DNA of 63,943 nt, filler included, from Phoronis australis (taxonomy: Eukaryota; Animalia; Phoronida), in the NCBI GenBank assembly GCA_002633005.1. It is 11 parts of 11 records of this genome, joined end to end, with 100 filler letters (N's around TTAATTAATTAA, not from the genome) between each part and the next. Parts side by side here need not be neighbours in the genome. Positions count along the whole stretch, not along the records: positions 21,685 to 26,798 come from NMRA01002424.1; positions 26,899 to 43,902 come from NMRA01000276.1; 9 more parts are not named here. One strand, 5' to 3'. Each line of letters begins with the position of its first letter. Position 1 is the stretch's first letter. The translations under genes and the position numbers were made by a program. The notes beneath the pieces were generated by a model. It was not told the origin of the DNA and did no database searches. It was given only the letters and a program-made list of their open reading frames with translations. Shown here piece by piece: positions 25,213-37,234 of this stretch.

Positions 25213-25725
25213 TAATAAACGCCTCGGACGCTTACAGAAATTCATTTCACGGGGAGGGGACGCTTATTGTAGCCTAAGGCAGTTGAAACCCAGTTTTTGA
25301 AACGGGTAATATCGGAAGCTAGGATTCATCAAATGTACACTCTGTGACGTATTTGTAGCCTATGACAGTCTTTCTACAAAACTGTGGTGCATTGATATCA
25401 AACTCCGTTGTTAAATAACGATCATTTTTCAAAAAATTGTGCTGAAATCCCAGGGTGAAAACTTGCCGACTGATATGTCGCTGAATCATGAAGGAAGACT
25501 TGAATTCTTGAATAAAAATATAGTTTCGACTCGACAAATTACCTGAAATCCTCCTGATGTATTACAATTTTTAAGTTCATGCGGAGGTCAGATTAATTGC
25601 GATTAAGTCCAAATCTGCGCTACATCGTAACCCACAACATGAGAAAAATCTCAGGATGCTGAACACACATGTTGTTGTCACGTGACATTTGTTTTGAAGT
25701 TCGTCTGCGTGTGAGAGTGAGTGAG
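25213..25725 (+). mobile_element. Partial left-end copy of the 58270-59772 Tc1/pogo-type MITE family
   Basis: Colinear similarity with about 58283-58815, e.g. gttgaaaccc..gaaacgggt..atcggaagcta and acacatgttgttgtcacgtgac. Confidence 0.75.
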
Positions 25726-26898
25726 CGATGACAGACCAACATTTTTTCTCCTTTTCAAATATTACACTCAAAACTACGTAATGCTCTCCATAAAAAGTAC
25801 GGTCATCTAGGCTAGATTGTACAGCTGATTGTATCCGCATGAGCGAAGCCAATTATCCTCGCTCATGACTCAATGAATAGAGCAGCTAGGCAGGATCCCT
25901 TTGTTCGTGAGCTGAGCGCGACACAGCCAATTAAAGATGGATAAATATGGTCTAGTTGAATCGGTCAAACCCCACAGTTTACCCTGATCAGTGGGGTTTG
26001 ACGTCATCTCGTTTTGTGGGAATGTTTATGGCATGCAAGTGTATTGTTCTTTCAGCCAAACAGTTCATAGACGTTGAAGCCATTGGTGGGTCTGTTGGTT
26101 CTGCAGTGGTCATTCTGGTTGTGGTCATTGTGGTCATCATTGTTATGTAAGTATCACTTATGAATTCTGGACCAGATAAAATCAGCCCTGAGCTTGGCAA
26201 TTGTGTTTTGTGCATAAAACTTAATGTAAACGAAGGAGGTATTTCTAGCTGTATCATCATTGGCTACAGCGCTGCAGTGGACCAAGCATTAATGGAATGT
26301 ATGTCAGGTAGTCACCCTGGTGCATATGAGGGCAAATGTGGCGTGTAAAGTTGAGTTTCACGTCTTTGTAACTGGATTTGCAGTTGTTATCAAGACTGTG
26401 ATGTCAAAACATTTGATATAATGCTGATTATAAAATGATGTACTTGTATTTAGACGTCGTCGAAGACATGCCAAGAAGAATGACACCATTGAAAGATCAG
26501 GTAAAAGATTTCTATATGTGAGCAGGGTGGAATGCTGATATTGAAAGCTATAGGAACGATACCATACATTATACTACTTACCATTGTGAGAGCACGGAAG
26601 TTTCCTTGCGGTCTGGTACAGTGTACCAGATGTGCACATGCCGCTGAGAAGGGCCCATTGCACTGATCACCTGGAACCATTTTTATGCTTTATTAATGTA
26701 GAGTTAAAAACTGAGCTGTGGAGCTAGAGACCTGACTCAAGGGGTCTAGCAGTGTGGCCCAGTGGGACTCAAGGGGTCTAGCAGTGTGGCCTAGTGGGNN
26801 NNNNNNNNNNNNNNNNNNNNNNNNNNNNNNNNNNNNNNNNNNTTAATTAATTAANNNNNNNNNNNNNNNNNNNNNNNNNNNNNNNNNNNNNNNNNNNN

Positions 26899-27200
26899 TA
26901 GTGGGACACGGTTGTTGCTAGAGCATAGCAACGCTGTTGCGTTCTTTTTGAAGCATTGCGTTACTTTAAAGTGTAAAGTCACAGCTAAATACAAACGTAG
27001 CAGTTCCGCTGGTGGTCTAGAAGACCCATGCAAAAATTTTTTTGATAAATCGAAGATGTTACTATAGCCGAGTTTTAGGACTGTAGGTACGTCATTGTTC
27101 GCATGTACACGTTCATGGACTGGGCGCTTATTTCAGCAAAGTCTGAAAACGCGTGGGGGGGCGCTTATAGGGGCATGGGCAGTTATTACGGCGAATACGG
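26899..27200 (+). mobile_element. Right end of the same MITE family
   Basis: Ends ggggcatgggcagttattacggcgaatacgg|ta, matching 59742-59772. Confidence 0.75.
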
Positions 27201-27202
27201 TA

Positions 27203-27611
27203 CCCCTAATAATCAATTAAAAGCACTCAGTTTAGAGTGAATCCTTTAAAACAATACCCCTAATAATCACCCAAAAACTAACTCAGTTTAGAGTGAATCC
27301 ATTAAAACAGTAATACCCAAATAATCCCCAAAAATTACTCAGTTTAGAGTGAACCCACTAAAACAGTAATACCCAAAATAATCCCCCAAAAGATACATCA
27401 GTTTAGAGTGAACCCATTAAAACAGTAATACTCCGAATAATCCCCCAAAAATTACCCAGTTAAGAGTGAACCCATTGAAACAGTAATACCCCTAATAATC
27501 ACGCAAAAAGTACCTCAGTTTAGAGTGAATCCAGTAAAACAGTAATACCCAAATAATCCCCCAAAAATTACTCAGTTAAGAGAGAACCCATTAAAACAGT
27601 AATACCCCTAA
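27203..27611. repeat. About 58-60-bp minisatellite, about 7 copies
   Basis: Recurrent ctcagtttagagtgaa(t/c)ccattaaaacagtaatacc. Confidence 0.92.
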
Positions 27612-27625
27612 TGATAAAAACCGTG

Positions 27626-27788
27626 CACAATTGTGATAACAAGACTTCAAAGTTAGGCTTCACATTCACAATTGTGATAACCAGACTTCAAAGTTAGGCT
27701 TCACATTCACAATTGTGATAACCAGACTTCAAAGTTAGGCTTCACATTCACAATTGTGATAACCAGACTTAAAAACGTGGCTTCACAT
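27626..27788. repeat. 41-bp tandem repeat, about 4 copies
   Basis: cacaattgtgataaccagacttcaaagttaggcttcacatt. Confidence 0.93.
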
Positions 27789-27803
27789 GCCTTTACTTGA
27801 GGA

Positions 27804-27858
27804 TCAGTGTGGGAGCCTGGACCAAACTTTCATGTCTGCAACGAACACTTCATTACCG
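27804..27858 (+). pseudogene. THAP C-terminal fragment
   Basis: SVWEPGPNFHVCNEHFITG|gt matches the THAP W.P....VC..HF..G motif. Confidence 0.55.
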
Positions 27859-28200
27859 GTAGGAAAAGAGATTTCGAGAAGGAAATTATTTAGCTATTAG
27901 TCAACATGCTACAGCAGCCTGTCAGTTAATGAGATGGACAATGCATCAGGAAAGGATGAAGCACTCATGACAGAGCTGACAGTCTCGAGTGTGGCGTGAA
28001 CGTGAATGATGAAAGCGTTGAAAGTGATTCCGGTGCAAATCAAGTAAGATTTTCAAATGTGAAAAGAGGTTACGAGCAGCACATGGACAGCTATACAACA
28101 CATGCAAGGCAAATATTAGTCATCAGTTAAGGCTCATTCTACAAATATTAGTCATCAGTTAAGGCTCATTCTACAGCTACCGCATATCTTGCTGGCAAGT

Positions 28201-28340
28201 TGCGCACTATATTGTAATTACTATGCGCACTATATTGTAATTACTATGCGCACTATATTGTAATTACTATGCGCACTATATTGTAATTACTATGCGCACT
28301 ATATTGTAATTACTATGCGCACTATATTGTAATTACTATG
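28201..28340. repeat. 23-bp tandem repeat, 6 copies
   Basis: tgcgcactatattgtaattacta repeated perfectly. Confidence 0.96.
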
Positions 28341-28839
28341 AATCAATTTATATTCGCAGACAAACCCGGGGCATTTTTTTGAAAAATGTCATTTTCATAA
28401 TTGCCTTCAACTTGTGCAGACCAAGAGTTCTCTGCTGCAGTGGACATTATACTTGCAGAACGACACAGAGCATTGCTATGAACACTGACAGACCATAATA
28501 CACTTGCAAAACAACACAAAGCTGCATAAACACTGACAGACCATTACAATTGCAGAAGAATGCAGAAGCCAAGAATCCTGTGAAAGTTGTTCCATCACTG
28601 TCCAATGAATAATCAGAAAAAGACAGAAGAATGTAGCTATATGATGCAGCTCATAATACAAGCAAATCCTATACACCAGTTGCTTAAAGCACCACAGAAA
28701 CATAGAATTAAAAACAAATTTACCACCATACGAGATTAGCACAGCATTAGAATGCCAGAAACAAATTTCTACTTGGAACTTTTCGTTCATAGTCACGAAG
28801 TAACACAAAGTATACAGCTGAAGACCTATGAAAATACAG

Positions 28840-29978
28840 AGGTCAATGTAAAATACTAAAATTGCCACTAGAGGCAAATACTAAAATTGCCAGGGTAGTC
28901 AGAATCATCCTAAAGTCGTCATCGTCCGTTGTCAACATCACATAAATACATTTGCTAAATTTAGTAAAGATCCTGCAAACAGTTTGGGAGATACAGCCAT
29001 GGGCGCAAAAAAAAACAAAACTGCCACTAGGAGGCGCCACAGTAGTCCAGATCGTTTGAAAATCATTGTCAGCTGTCTTCCTTATAGTAAGCACATACAC
29101 GGCAATTTTCACAATCATCCTTTAAGCGGTTTGGTTGATAGAGGGGTGGACGCAAAAATACAGACTCGAAAACACTAAAAAGGGCCACTAGGTGGCGCAA
29201 ACTATGTCAAATCTATCTGAAAACGGGAGGATAGCGTCATCTCACTAATAGGTGCCTACATACCAAATTTCATGAAAATCCGTTAAGGACTTGTGAAGAT
29301 ACAAAGGTAAGCGTAAAAAATTAAAATTGCCACTAGGGGGCACACCGGTAGTCGGATCCGTCCAAAAGTCGTCATCTTCCGTTGTTAACATCATATAAAT
29401 ATACTTACACAATTTCGTAAAGATCCTGCAAACGGTTTAGGAGATACAGCCATAGGCGCAAAAAACAAAACTGCCACTAGGAGGCGCCACAGTAGTCGAA
29501 ATCGTCGGAAAATCATCGTCAACCGTCCTCTACATAGTAAGCATATACATGCCAATTTTCACAATCATCCTTTGAGCGGTTTGGTTGATAGAGGGGTGGA
29601 TGCACAAAAAAGACTCGAAAACACTAAAAATGGCCACTAGGTGGCGTAAACAATGTCGAATGCATCTGAAAACAGCAGGATAGTGTCATCTCACTAATAG
29701 GTGCCTACATACCATATTTCATGAAAATCTGTTCAGGACTTTTGAAGATACAAAGGTGAGTATAAAAAACTAAAATTGCCACTAGGGGGCACACCGGAAG
29801 TCGGATCCATCCAAAAGTTCGCACATGCCGTCCCATTCATGAATGGAACATATGTGCCAAATTTCATGAACGTATGTCAAAGGGTTATGGAGATAGAGCA
29901 GCGGACGCCGGACGCCGCCCGGACGGACGGATAGAGATGACGGCATAATGCGTCCACATATAAATATGTGGGCGCATA
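28840..29978 (-). mobile_element. HINE/Helentron-like element with about 449-bp internal higher-order repeats
   Basis: Terminal hairpin atgcgtccacata..tatgtgggcgcat, GGAC microsatellite, repeat offsets 29021/29471 and 29184/29633. Confidence 0.72.
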
Positions 29979-29984
29979 AAAAAA

Positions 29985-30817
29985 TAAAATTGCCACTAGG
30001 GGGCACACTGGTAGCCCGATCCGTCTGAAAGTCGTCATCCTCTGTAGTCAACTTCATATAAATACACCAGCAAAATTCAATAAAGATCCTGTAGAGCATT
30101 CAGGAGATACAGTCATGGGCGCAAATACAAACAAAACTGCCACTAGGAGGCGCCATAGTATTCCAAGTCATTGGAAAATCATCGTCAGCTGCTCTCTTCA
30201 CAGTAAGAACATATATGCCAACTTTCAAAATCATTCCTAGAGCGATTTGGTTGATAGAACGGCGGACGTCAGAAAAGAGACTCGAAAATAGTAAAAATGA
30301 CCACTAGGTGGCGCAAAGTATCCCGAATCTGTCCGAAAATGGGAGGATGGTACCATCTCACTAATAGATGTCTAACTGCGAAATTCTATGAAAATCCATT
30401 GAGGACCTCCAAATCTATAGAAGCATAAAAAAATTAAAATTGCCACTAGGGGGCATACCAGTAGTCAGAGAGGTCTGAAATTTGTTATCATCTGTTGTCA
30501 CCTTCATGGGAACACATCTGCCAAATCTCAGTAAAATGCTGTGAAAGTTTAGGAGATAAAGCCAAAAACAAACAACAATGCCATTAGGAGGCCCCAAAGT
30601 TGTCAAAGTCGTCAGAAAATCATCGTCAGTCGCCCTCTTTACAGTAAGAACATTATATGTTTATTTTCAAAATCATTCCTTAAGCGGTTTGGTAGATAGA
30701 ACGGTGGATGCCAAAAAACAGACTCGAAAACAGTAAATATGGCCACTAGGGCAAAGTACCTAGAATCTGTCGGAAATGACGGCAAAATGCGACCACATAT
30801 AAAGATGAGGGTGCATA
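29985..30817 (-). mobile_element. Adjacent, more diverged HINE-like copy
   Basis: Same subunits; terminal atgcgaccacatataaagatgagggtgcat. Confidence 0.68.
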
Positions 30818-31004
30818 AAAATAGAGCTAATTTTTTAGGGTCAGTGACCTCAAAATGGGTCCATTTAAGCAAAAAAATATGGGACTGTCAAATATAAGTC
30901 CTGAAACTAGAGAGAACGGGCTTTCACATGAGACCAGAAATGTTAGTGTACCCACAATTTTAATTTTTCATCTCAAGGTTGACCTTTTCGCAGGATTGCA
31001 AACA

Positions 31005-31626
31005 AGCATTGGTTAGGGTGAGAACAATTCATTTTGAAAGACAACGCAGAATAATAAATAAATGTAAACATGGCAACTTGCAATACCGACAAGAAGAGCT
31101 CATCCGACGAAGACTTCGCAGGTGGATTGTTAAGTTTCACAGGCTATCAATGCGAACCCGAATACAGTGATAAAGAAATACTAGAGAGGCACCGTGAACA
31201 GGCACAGGCAACGGAACGTGTGGATAGTTCTTTAGTAAGCTGGCATTCGTCAGACTCGCTGTCCACAACTGCAGGCCACAGACACGGAGATGTTTCACAG
31301 CCTCATACTTGCTATTTACAGCGTACTTTTCATTCTTCACTACAGCGAGCCACTTCCTAAGCACTTCGGACTTTCGAGGAAGTCGAAAAAATGATATACT
31401 CGCCTTCATCGCAGCTTCATAGTTCGGACCAGCGGGAACGATGCACCGCAGCATAGCGGCATTCACTCTACAAATGAACCACTGACGTCATTGCGTCTTT
31501 TCTCACCTTTCTCACAGGTTAACGCGACACCTCTCGGCAAGGTAAGGTCGACTGTATGCAAGGAGATGTGGACATAGACTGATTAAGACAGTAAAAAAGA
31601 CTAATTAAATCGGGCGACATTCTCCC
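31005..31626 (-). mobile_element. Truncated second copy of the 23270 Kolobok-like family
   Basis: TIR gggcgacattctccc|ttaa; THAP stub (ORF 31137-31466) and opposing FTGYQCEPEYSDKE stub (ORF 31070-31360). Confidence 0.8.
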
Positions 31627-31967
31627 TTAAGTGAACTGGAGCTACTCATAAGACAACTAATAAGATAAGTATCGGAAACAAGTCGGACAAAGTCTTGGAA
31701 ACTATTGCATAATTTCATGCAATTCTAGAGATATAGTGAGGTAAAAAATGAAGCAAAAAGGGTCAGTAATCAAAGAGGTGTGGATATGACATAGAAAGAG
31801 AAGTGAGAGTTGAACAAGTGAATGACTATGGAGACTGCAACATGCAATAATCTGAAGATAGCAGACTGCAACATGCAATAATCTGAAGATACAGAATTGA
31901 AACTTAGTAATAGGATAACAACAAACCACATGACAAGCCGTCAGAGCCTGACTGTTAAGTCACTTAC

Positions 31968-32075
31968 CGCTACGGCCATTTTACCAATGATCCTCTCGGG
32001 TATGGGTTTGCTAAGCCTTTTTAATAATTTATCAAGACAAGTGGCCATCAGCTCCATACAAATCCAGACATCACT
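31968..32075 (-). CDS. MAP2K7: MAP kinase kinase 7 (MKK7/hemipterous) exon
   Basis: SDVWICMELMATCLDKLLKRLSKPIPERIIGKMAVA; tttacag/gtaagt, 108 bp. Confidence 0.93.
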
Positions 32076-32372
32076 CTGTAAACACAAACAGTAATCATTT
32101 ATCATTTGATAATACAACACTATTATTAAGTGGTTTTAGTGCACTGTACTTTGCCCTGTACCTGCTTACACTTGAAGTACTATGTGCGAACAATACATTC
32201 TTAATTCCAGACTTTGCTTTAATTTGTAAGGGCAAGATTTCAACTAGATTTTCGTTGCACCGTAGCTTTATGCCAAGATACTACACAAGTCTCGCTGATT
32301 TGTCTGAATTTACCCACAATGCCCCTAGGCACTGCACATAGTACCCTTTAGAAATCAACTTTTGATCCGGCG

Positions 32373-32603
32373 CAACTGACATGGAGCAAATTGATGAGAG
32401 TCAAGCAGCTGCTTACACAAGCAATTCACAAACTGACATGGAGCAAATTGATGAGAGTCAAGCAGCTGCTTACACAAACAATTCACAAACTGATATGGAG
32501 CAAATTGATGAGAGTCAAGCAGCTGCTTACACAAACAATTCACAAACTGACATGGAGCAAATTGATGAGAGTCAAGCAGCTGCTTACACAAACAATTCAC
32601 AAA
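32373..32603. repeat. 57-bp tandem repeat, 4 copies (intronic)
   Basis: actgacatggagcaaattgatgagagtcaagcagctgcttacacaaacaattcacaa. Confidence 0.95.
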
Positions 32604-33024
32604 TTGCGGCGAGACGGAAATTGTAAGCTGGAGAGTGGACTGCACATGTGCAGGTTTACAAATAACGGGAGTTGAAGAGACAAAGAACCTATATGTACAC
32701 AGTAGGTCATTGCACATGTGCAGGTTTACAAATAACGGGAGTTGAAGAGACAAAAAACCTGTATGTAGGTCATTGCACAAGCGAAGTAGAGATTATCCTT
32801 TCCGCCTAGCCCCAGTTTCGCGTTTAGACATATAATTGACATGGAGCAAGATGATCGAGCACAAATTGCTCTACGTCACAGACAGGTGGCAATAGTTGTC
32901 ACCGCGGTGTCGATTTGATCCACGGCAGTCCTGTTTACACAGGCACATACTTATGTCAGAACATCTCATGCCGTGTCAACTTTTCTAGTGTAAACGGCAC
33001 AAATGTAGGGGCAGGCAAGATAGT

Positions 33025-33621
33025 AACAAGAGCAACGCCAAGCATTGAAATGCACCTACAAATGCAACGCAAGCAGAGTGCTTCTAGGATTGTTTATTTG
33101 TATAATAAAAATGGCAGTCTGGTAGTCCGATCTGTCAGAAAATCTTACTTATCTGTGTCAACTACAAAATGTATCTGCTCAAATTTAATAAATATCCTGT
33201 ATAGCGTTGAGGAGATACAGACATGGGTGCAAAAAAATACCACAAGGAGACACCACAGTAATCACAGTTATCAGAAAATCCTAATCAACCGGACGGCACA
33301 AAACAAGACTCCAAAACAGTAAAAATGGCCACCAAGTGGCGCAAAACATATCGAATCCATCCCAAAATGGGAGGATGGCGATATCTCACTGATAGATGCC
33401 CAACTGCCAAAATTTATGAAAACAAATGTCACTAGGCGGCACACCTGTAGTAGGATAGGTCTGAAATAGGTCGTCATCCATCGTCAGCTTCATAAGAACA
33501 CATGTGCCAAATGTCATCAAGATCCTATGAGGGGTTTAGGAGATACAGCTGCAGACGCCGGACGCCTGGACAGACAGACATGACGGCAATATGCAACCGC
33601 ATATAAATATGGGGGTGCATA
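33025..33621 (-). mobile_element. Short HINE-like copy with both ends
   Basis: aacaagagcaac end shared with 38465; GACA microsatellite and atgcaaccgcatata..tatgggggtgcat hairpin at the other end. Confidence 0.62.
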
Positions 33622-34059
33622 CAAATGATCTTAAACCCTGTTTTCATTACTCAACCAATCCTCATTCTGTCACCTGCTACTGCATCACTGAAGTCAACTG
33701 TTAAAGTCAAAAGCACGAACCAAGTGAAAACTCATATCCCCTATCTCATAAGTTGGATATTACGGTCCTTGGTGGGTGGTCTTTTCTAATACTTGTCGTG
33801 TAATTCACTAAAACCGTTGGTTTATACTTGAGGATGTTTCAAATTATCCTCCAAACTGTTGAGAGTGATACACGGTTAAAGAACATTATTGTGTTCCAGA
33901 GAACTGGATGATAAAGTCTTATTGAGAGTGGTACACGGTTAAAGAACATTATTGTGTTCCAGAGAACTGGATGAAAAAGTCTTATTTTATTTAGTAACTG
34001 TAAAGAGGCCAAAACGGGGGGTTTGGTACCCTTGTAAGTATTAAACTGGGTAGTTATAC

Positions 34060-34389
34060 GTAGACACTGCATAATGTAGGGGAAGTCACGACTCGAGACT
34101 ACAGGCAATAGTTACAATATATCGACCCCTAGACACTGCACAATGTAGGGACAATCAGGCAATACTTACACTGCTTATGTAGACCCTTAGACTCTGCACA
34201 ATGTAGGAATAATCAGGTAATACTTACACTAGTTATGTAGACCCCTAGACACTGCACAATGTAGGGACAATCAGGTAATACTTACACTAGTTATGTAGAC
34301 CCCTAGACACTGTACAATGTAGGGACAATCAGGTAATACTTACACTAGTTATGTAGACCCCTAGACACTGCACAATGTAGGGACAATCA
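34060..34389. repeat. 58-bp tandem array containing the MAP2K7 exon end and 5' splice site
   Basis: Unit agacccctagacactgcacaatgtagggacaatcaggtaatacttacactagttatgt at 34181, 34239, 34297 and 34355 (last one partial, merging into the exon). Confidence 0.93.
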
Positions 34390-34463
34390 TGACTCTTGAG
34401 AACAACATCCAGGTCCATGATGATGCGTTTGTTCTCTTCCTTGTTACCAGATCTTCTCATTTG
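34344..34463 (-). CDS. MAP2K7: MAP2K7 exon
   Basis: QMRRSGNKEENKRIIMDLDVVLKSHDCPYIVQCLGVYITS, near-identical to MKK7; 120 bp. Confidence 0.95.
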
Positions 34464-35380
34464 CTGCAATAAGATGTTTCACTTACAACATAGGTCACAT
34501 GACCAGTACGCAGGATGGGTCCAACTGGTTATATTAAATGTACTTGCAAGGTAAGTTGCCACGATATCATCAAAATTGCATGGAACAACATCTGTCATAA
34601 TTTGCTGGAAATTGAAGGATAATTAGTTGTGGTTTGGTGTCAAAACTTTTTTAAAAATCAATTACGTCCAGGATATTTTAAAAACTGCTGAACCTGTCTT
34701 CAAACATAGTTGGATTCAATATTTCTGGATTCTGGTCAGCTGGACTGGATGTCAAATAAATATCCTATAGCATGCTCATTGTAGCAAGGCTCACGGTCAG
34801 CTTGACTGAATCAGGATTGGCGCTAGAATTGCTTGGAACTTAGCAGCTTCACAAATTTTGAATCCTTTTCAAGTTTTACGAGTCCCTATGCTCGTCCCAC
34901 AAGTCAATAAAAATATAAAAATAACACTAAAAAAGAAAACATTGCAATGTATTGGCAATGGAAGAATGAAAAAGAATTATGAGTTCACAAACATCAATTT
35001 ATCCTGTCACTCTGAACTTAGTTATTAGTAGTGAGGCTTGTATATTTAATGGAAACAACATGCACACTGCAATTGAAAGGCTGTGCGATAAAATCTCTGA
35101 AAGTCTACGATCAAGCTTGTCACCCTTCTATATTCCCTAGAGTACCAAGACTAACAAGAATTTACAAACAATCCAAAATGTAATATATTTGGTGAAAATA
35201 AATGTGTAAACCTTTCATTTTAGTTCAGAAACAAAACTCAATAAACAAGACAGCCCACGGTTTACAGTCAGGGTTCCAAACTGGGCGTAAAAATTTAAAA
35301 AAAATACTGAACATGCTTTCTTCCCACTGGCACCGGTGGTCAGCGGGTGCTATTGGGAACAAAGCGGGATCGTCGGTGTG

Positions 35381-35482
35381 CCGCCACCGCTGCACCATGG
35401 CGGTGCGCCGCCACCGCTGCACCATGGCGGTGCGCTGTCACCGCTGCACCATGGCGGTGCACCGCCACCGCTGCACCATGGC
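35381..35482. repeat. 27-bp GC-rich self-complementary tandem repeat, about 4 copies
   Basis: ccgccaccgctgcaccatggcggtgc(g/a). Confidence 0.9.
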
Positions 35483-36982
35483 TGTATCATCAGTACCACT
35501 GTGTCATTTAGTGTTGTATCTACCCACCTAGGAGTATATAGTACAGTGGTCCATTTTCATAACAGCCCCATAAAGATGGAAATAATATACTCTCAACATA
35601 TTTATGGCATAACCGTATGGTGAAATACCTATAGACAGACCTACTCACTGAAATACCTATAGACATACAGTATGTTAGTTGGTCGTGGTCTGTTTACTAA
35701 TGACCTACTCACTGAAATACCTATAGACATACAGTATGTTAGTTGGTCGTGGTCTGTTTACCACATTTCTGGCTCATCAGTTCAGGCACTTGTCCTGAAC
35801 GCCGCCATTTTTTCCTTGCAACTGAATGTACTCGAAAAGTCTTCAATATTTTGTTTAATTAGTAATATCTCGTGATTCGTTTGTGTGTGTAGTGTATTTA
35901 TAGTTAGTGGTCGGTGATTTTTTTTAGAATGTTACGCGTACTTATTATGGTAAAACAGCATTGGTGTTTAGTTCCTTACGTAGGCCGGTCGAACCTAGGA
36001 ACCAATATGGGTCGAACCAATTTTTTTTTCTTTTTCATTTTTTTCTAGTTTCGAAAAAGTACTTTGCTATCATCGGAAAGTTAGTGCATTTTACTCAAAA
36101 AAAAAAAACAAAAAAGTATCAAAATCGGGGCAAGCACTGTAGAGATATTGCAATTTTTGTGGCGAAATTGGGGTCACTTTGTTTAGATCGCGTCGGCCAT
36201 ATTGGAGGACAGCGGGATAAGTTACGAGTTTAAAACTTTGTGTAAATTGTTTTCGCCAACGAATTACGGTGAAATTTAGTTAGACATATCATTACTTACT
36301 ATTTTGCACGATTCAACAGTGTTCACCAAATTTCAGGCTCGCAGTTGTTATTCAATAAGTGATAAATGTGCTCACAATTCCCGCTGGACTTCGTCTCATT
36401 TCTGGTGGCACCGACAACATGGCGAATTTTGCTGAACTGAAAGGCATGTTCAATCGGCTACTTTGTAATTTGCGAAGATTTAACGTTGATACATTTTGAC
36501 AAGCGTTGCTACAAAAAAGGAACTTTGTTCAATTTTCGTGTTTTTTGTGCAAAATATAACATATATTCGAATTATTTTACTGTGAATTTCACATTCAGGT
36601 GATCTTACACTAAGCTAAGAAAAATAGTTGAAACAATTTTGAAATGGTTTTTTGTTTGATTGTCAACTGCTGTGCAAGGCTTGATTTGGTGTCACAAAAT
36701 GATTCATATTTTTCTAAATTTTAAGTCTCAAATTGCTTTCAAGTCATGTTTTGTAACTTGTTGCTTCTTAATTCAGGTTATCAAGTCAACAATATGAATA
36801 ATCTTAATTTGGGAAATAAGCTATGTTGGAATGTGAAGCTTCAAGCCTCCAATTCTTGTTCCTTGCAACTTCATATTTTTTAATCATGCTTGTCAAATAC
36901 TGGTGTATGGAAACACTATTCAATCACCATGGTAATAGTTACATGTAAGTCCACTTTCATAACAAGGAAAGTTTTGCTGTTG

Positions 36983-37234
36983 CATGCGCGCACCCGGGGG
37001 GGAGGCTCGGGGGGCTCGAACGAGCACCCCCATTTGTTGAAGTGGGCAAAAAAGTCCGCCCCCGAGAGACAAAAAGCCGGAGAAAATGGGACAAAAGTCC
37101 ACTAAAGAAGCGCAAACGCGCAATTCGCAGTGGTGCTCCCGTTTTTTTTTAGTCCGCCGACTCTTTTTTTAGCAAAAGCCCTACATCTCCGGGAATTCGA
37201 GCCCCCCCCATATTGAAGGCTGGGTACGTGCATG
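36983..37234. mobile_element. MITE with CATG ends and 5-bp target-site duplication
   Basis: tgttg|catgcgcgcaccc...gggtacgtgcatg|tgttg. Confidence 0.7.

Noticed and set aside
26160-26700. Possible minus-strand exons of an unknown gene
   Set aside because: Splice-like signals exist, but the translations contain stops and match nothing I recognise.
32355-32780. Repeat-protein ORFs (MEQIDESQAAAYTNNSQTD)n
   Set aside because: A 57-bp intronic minisatellite that is open in several frames on both strands; no splice or homology support.
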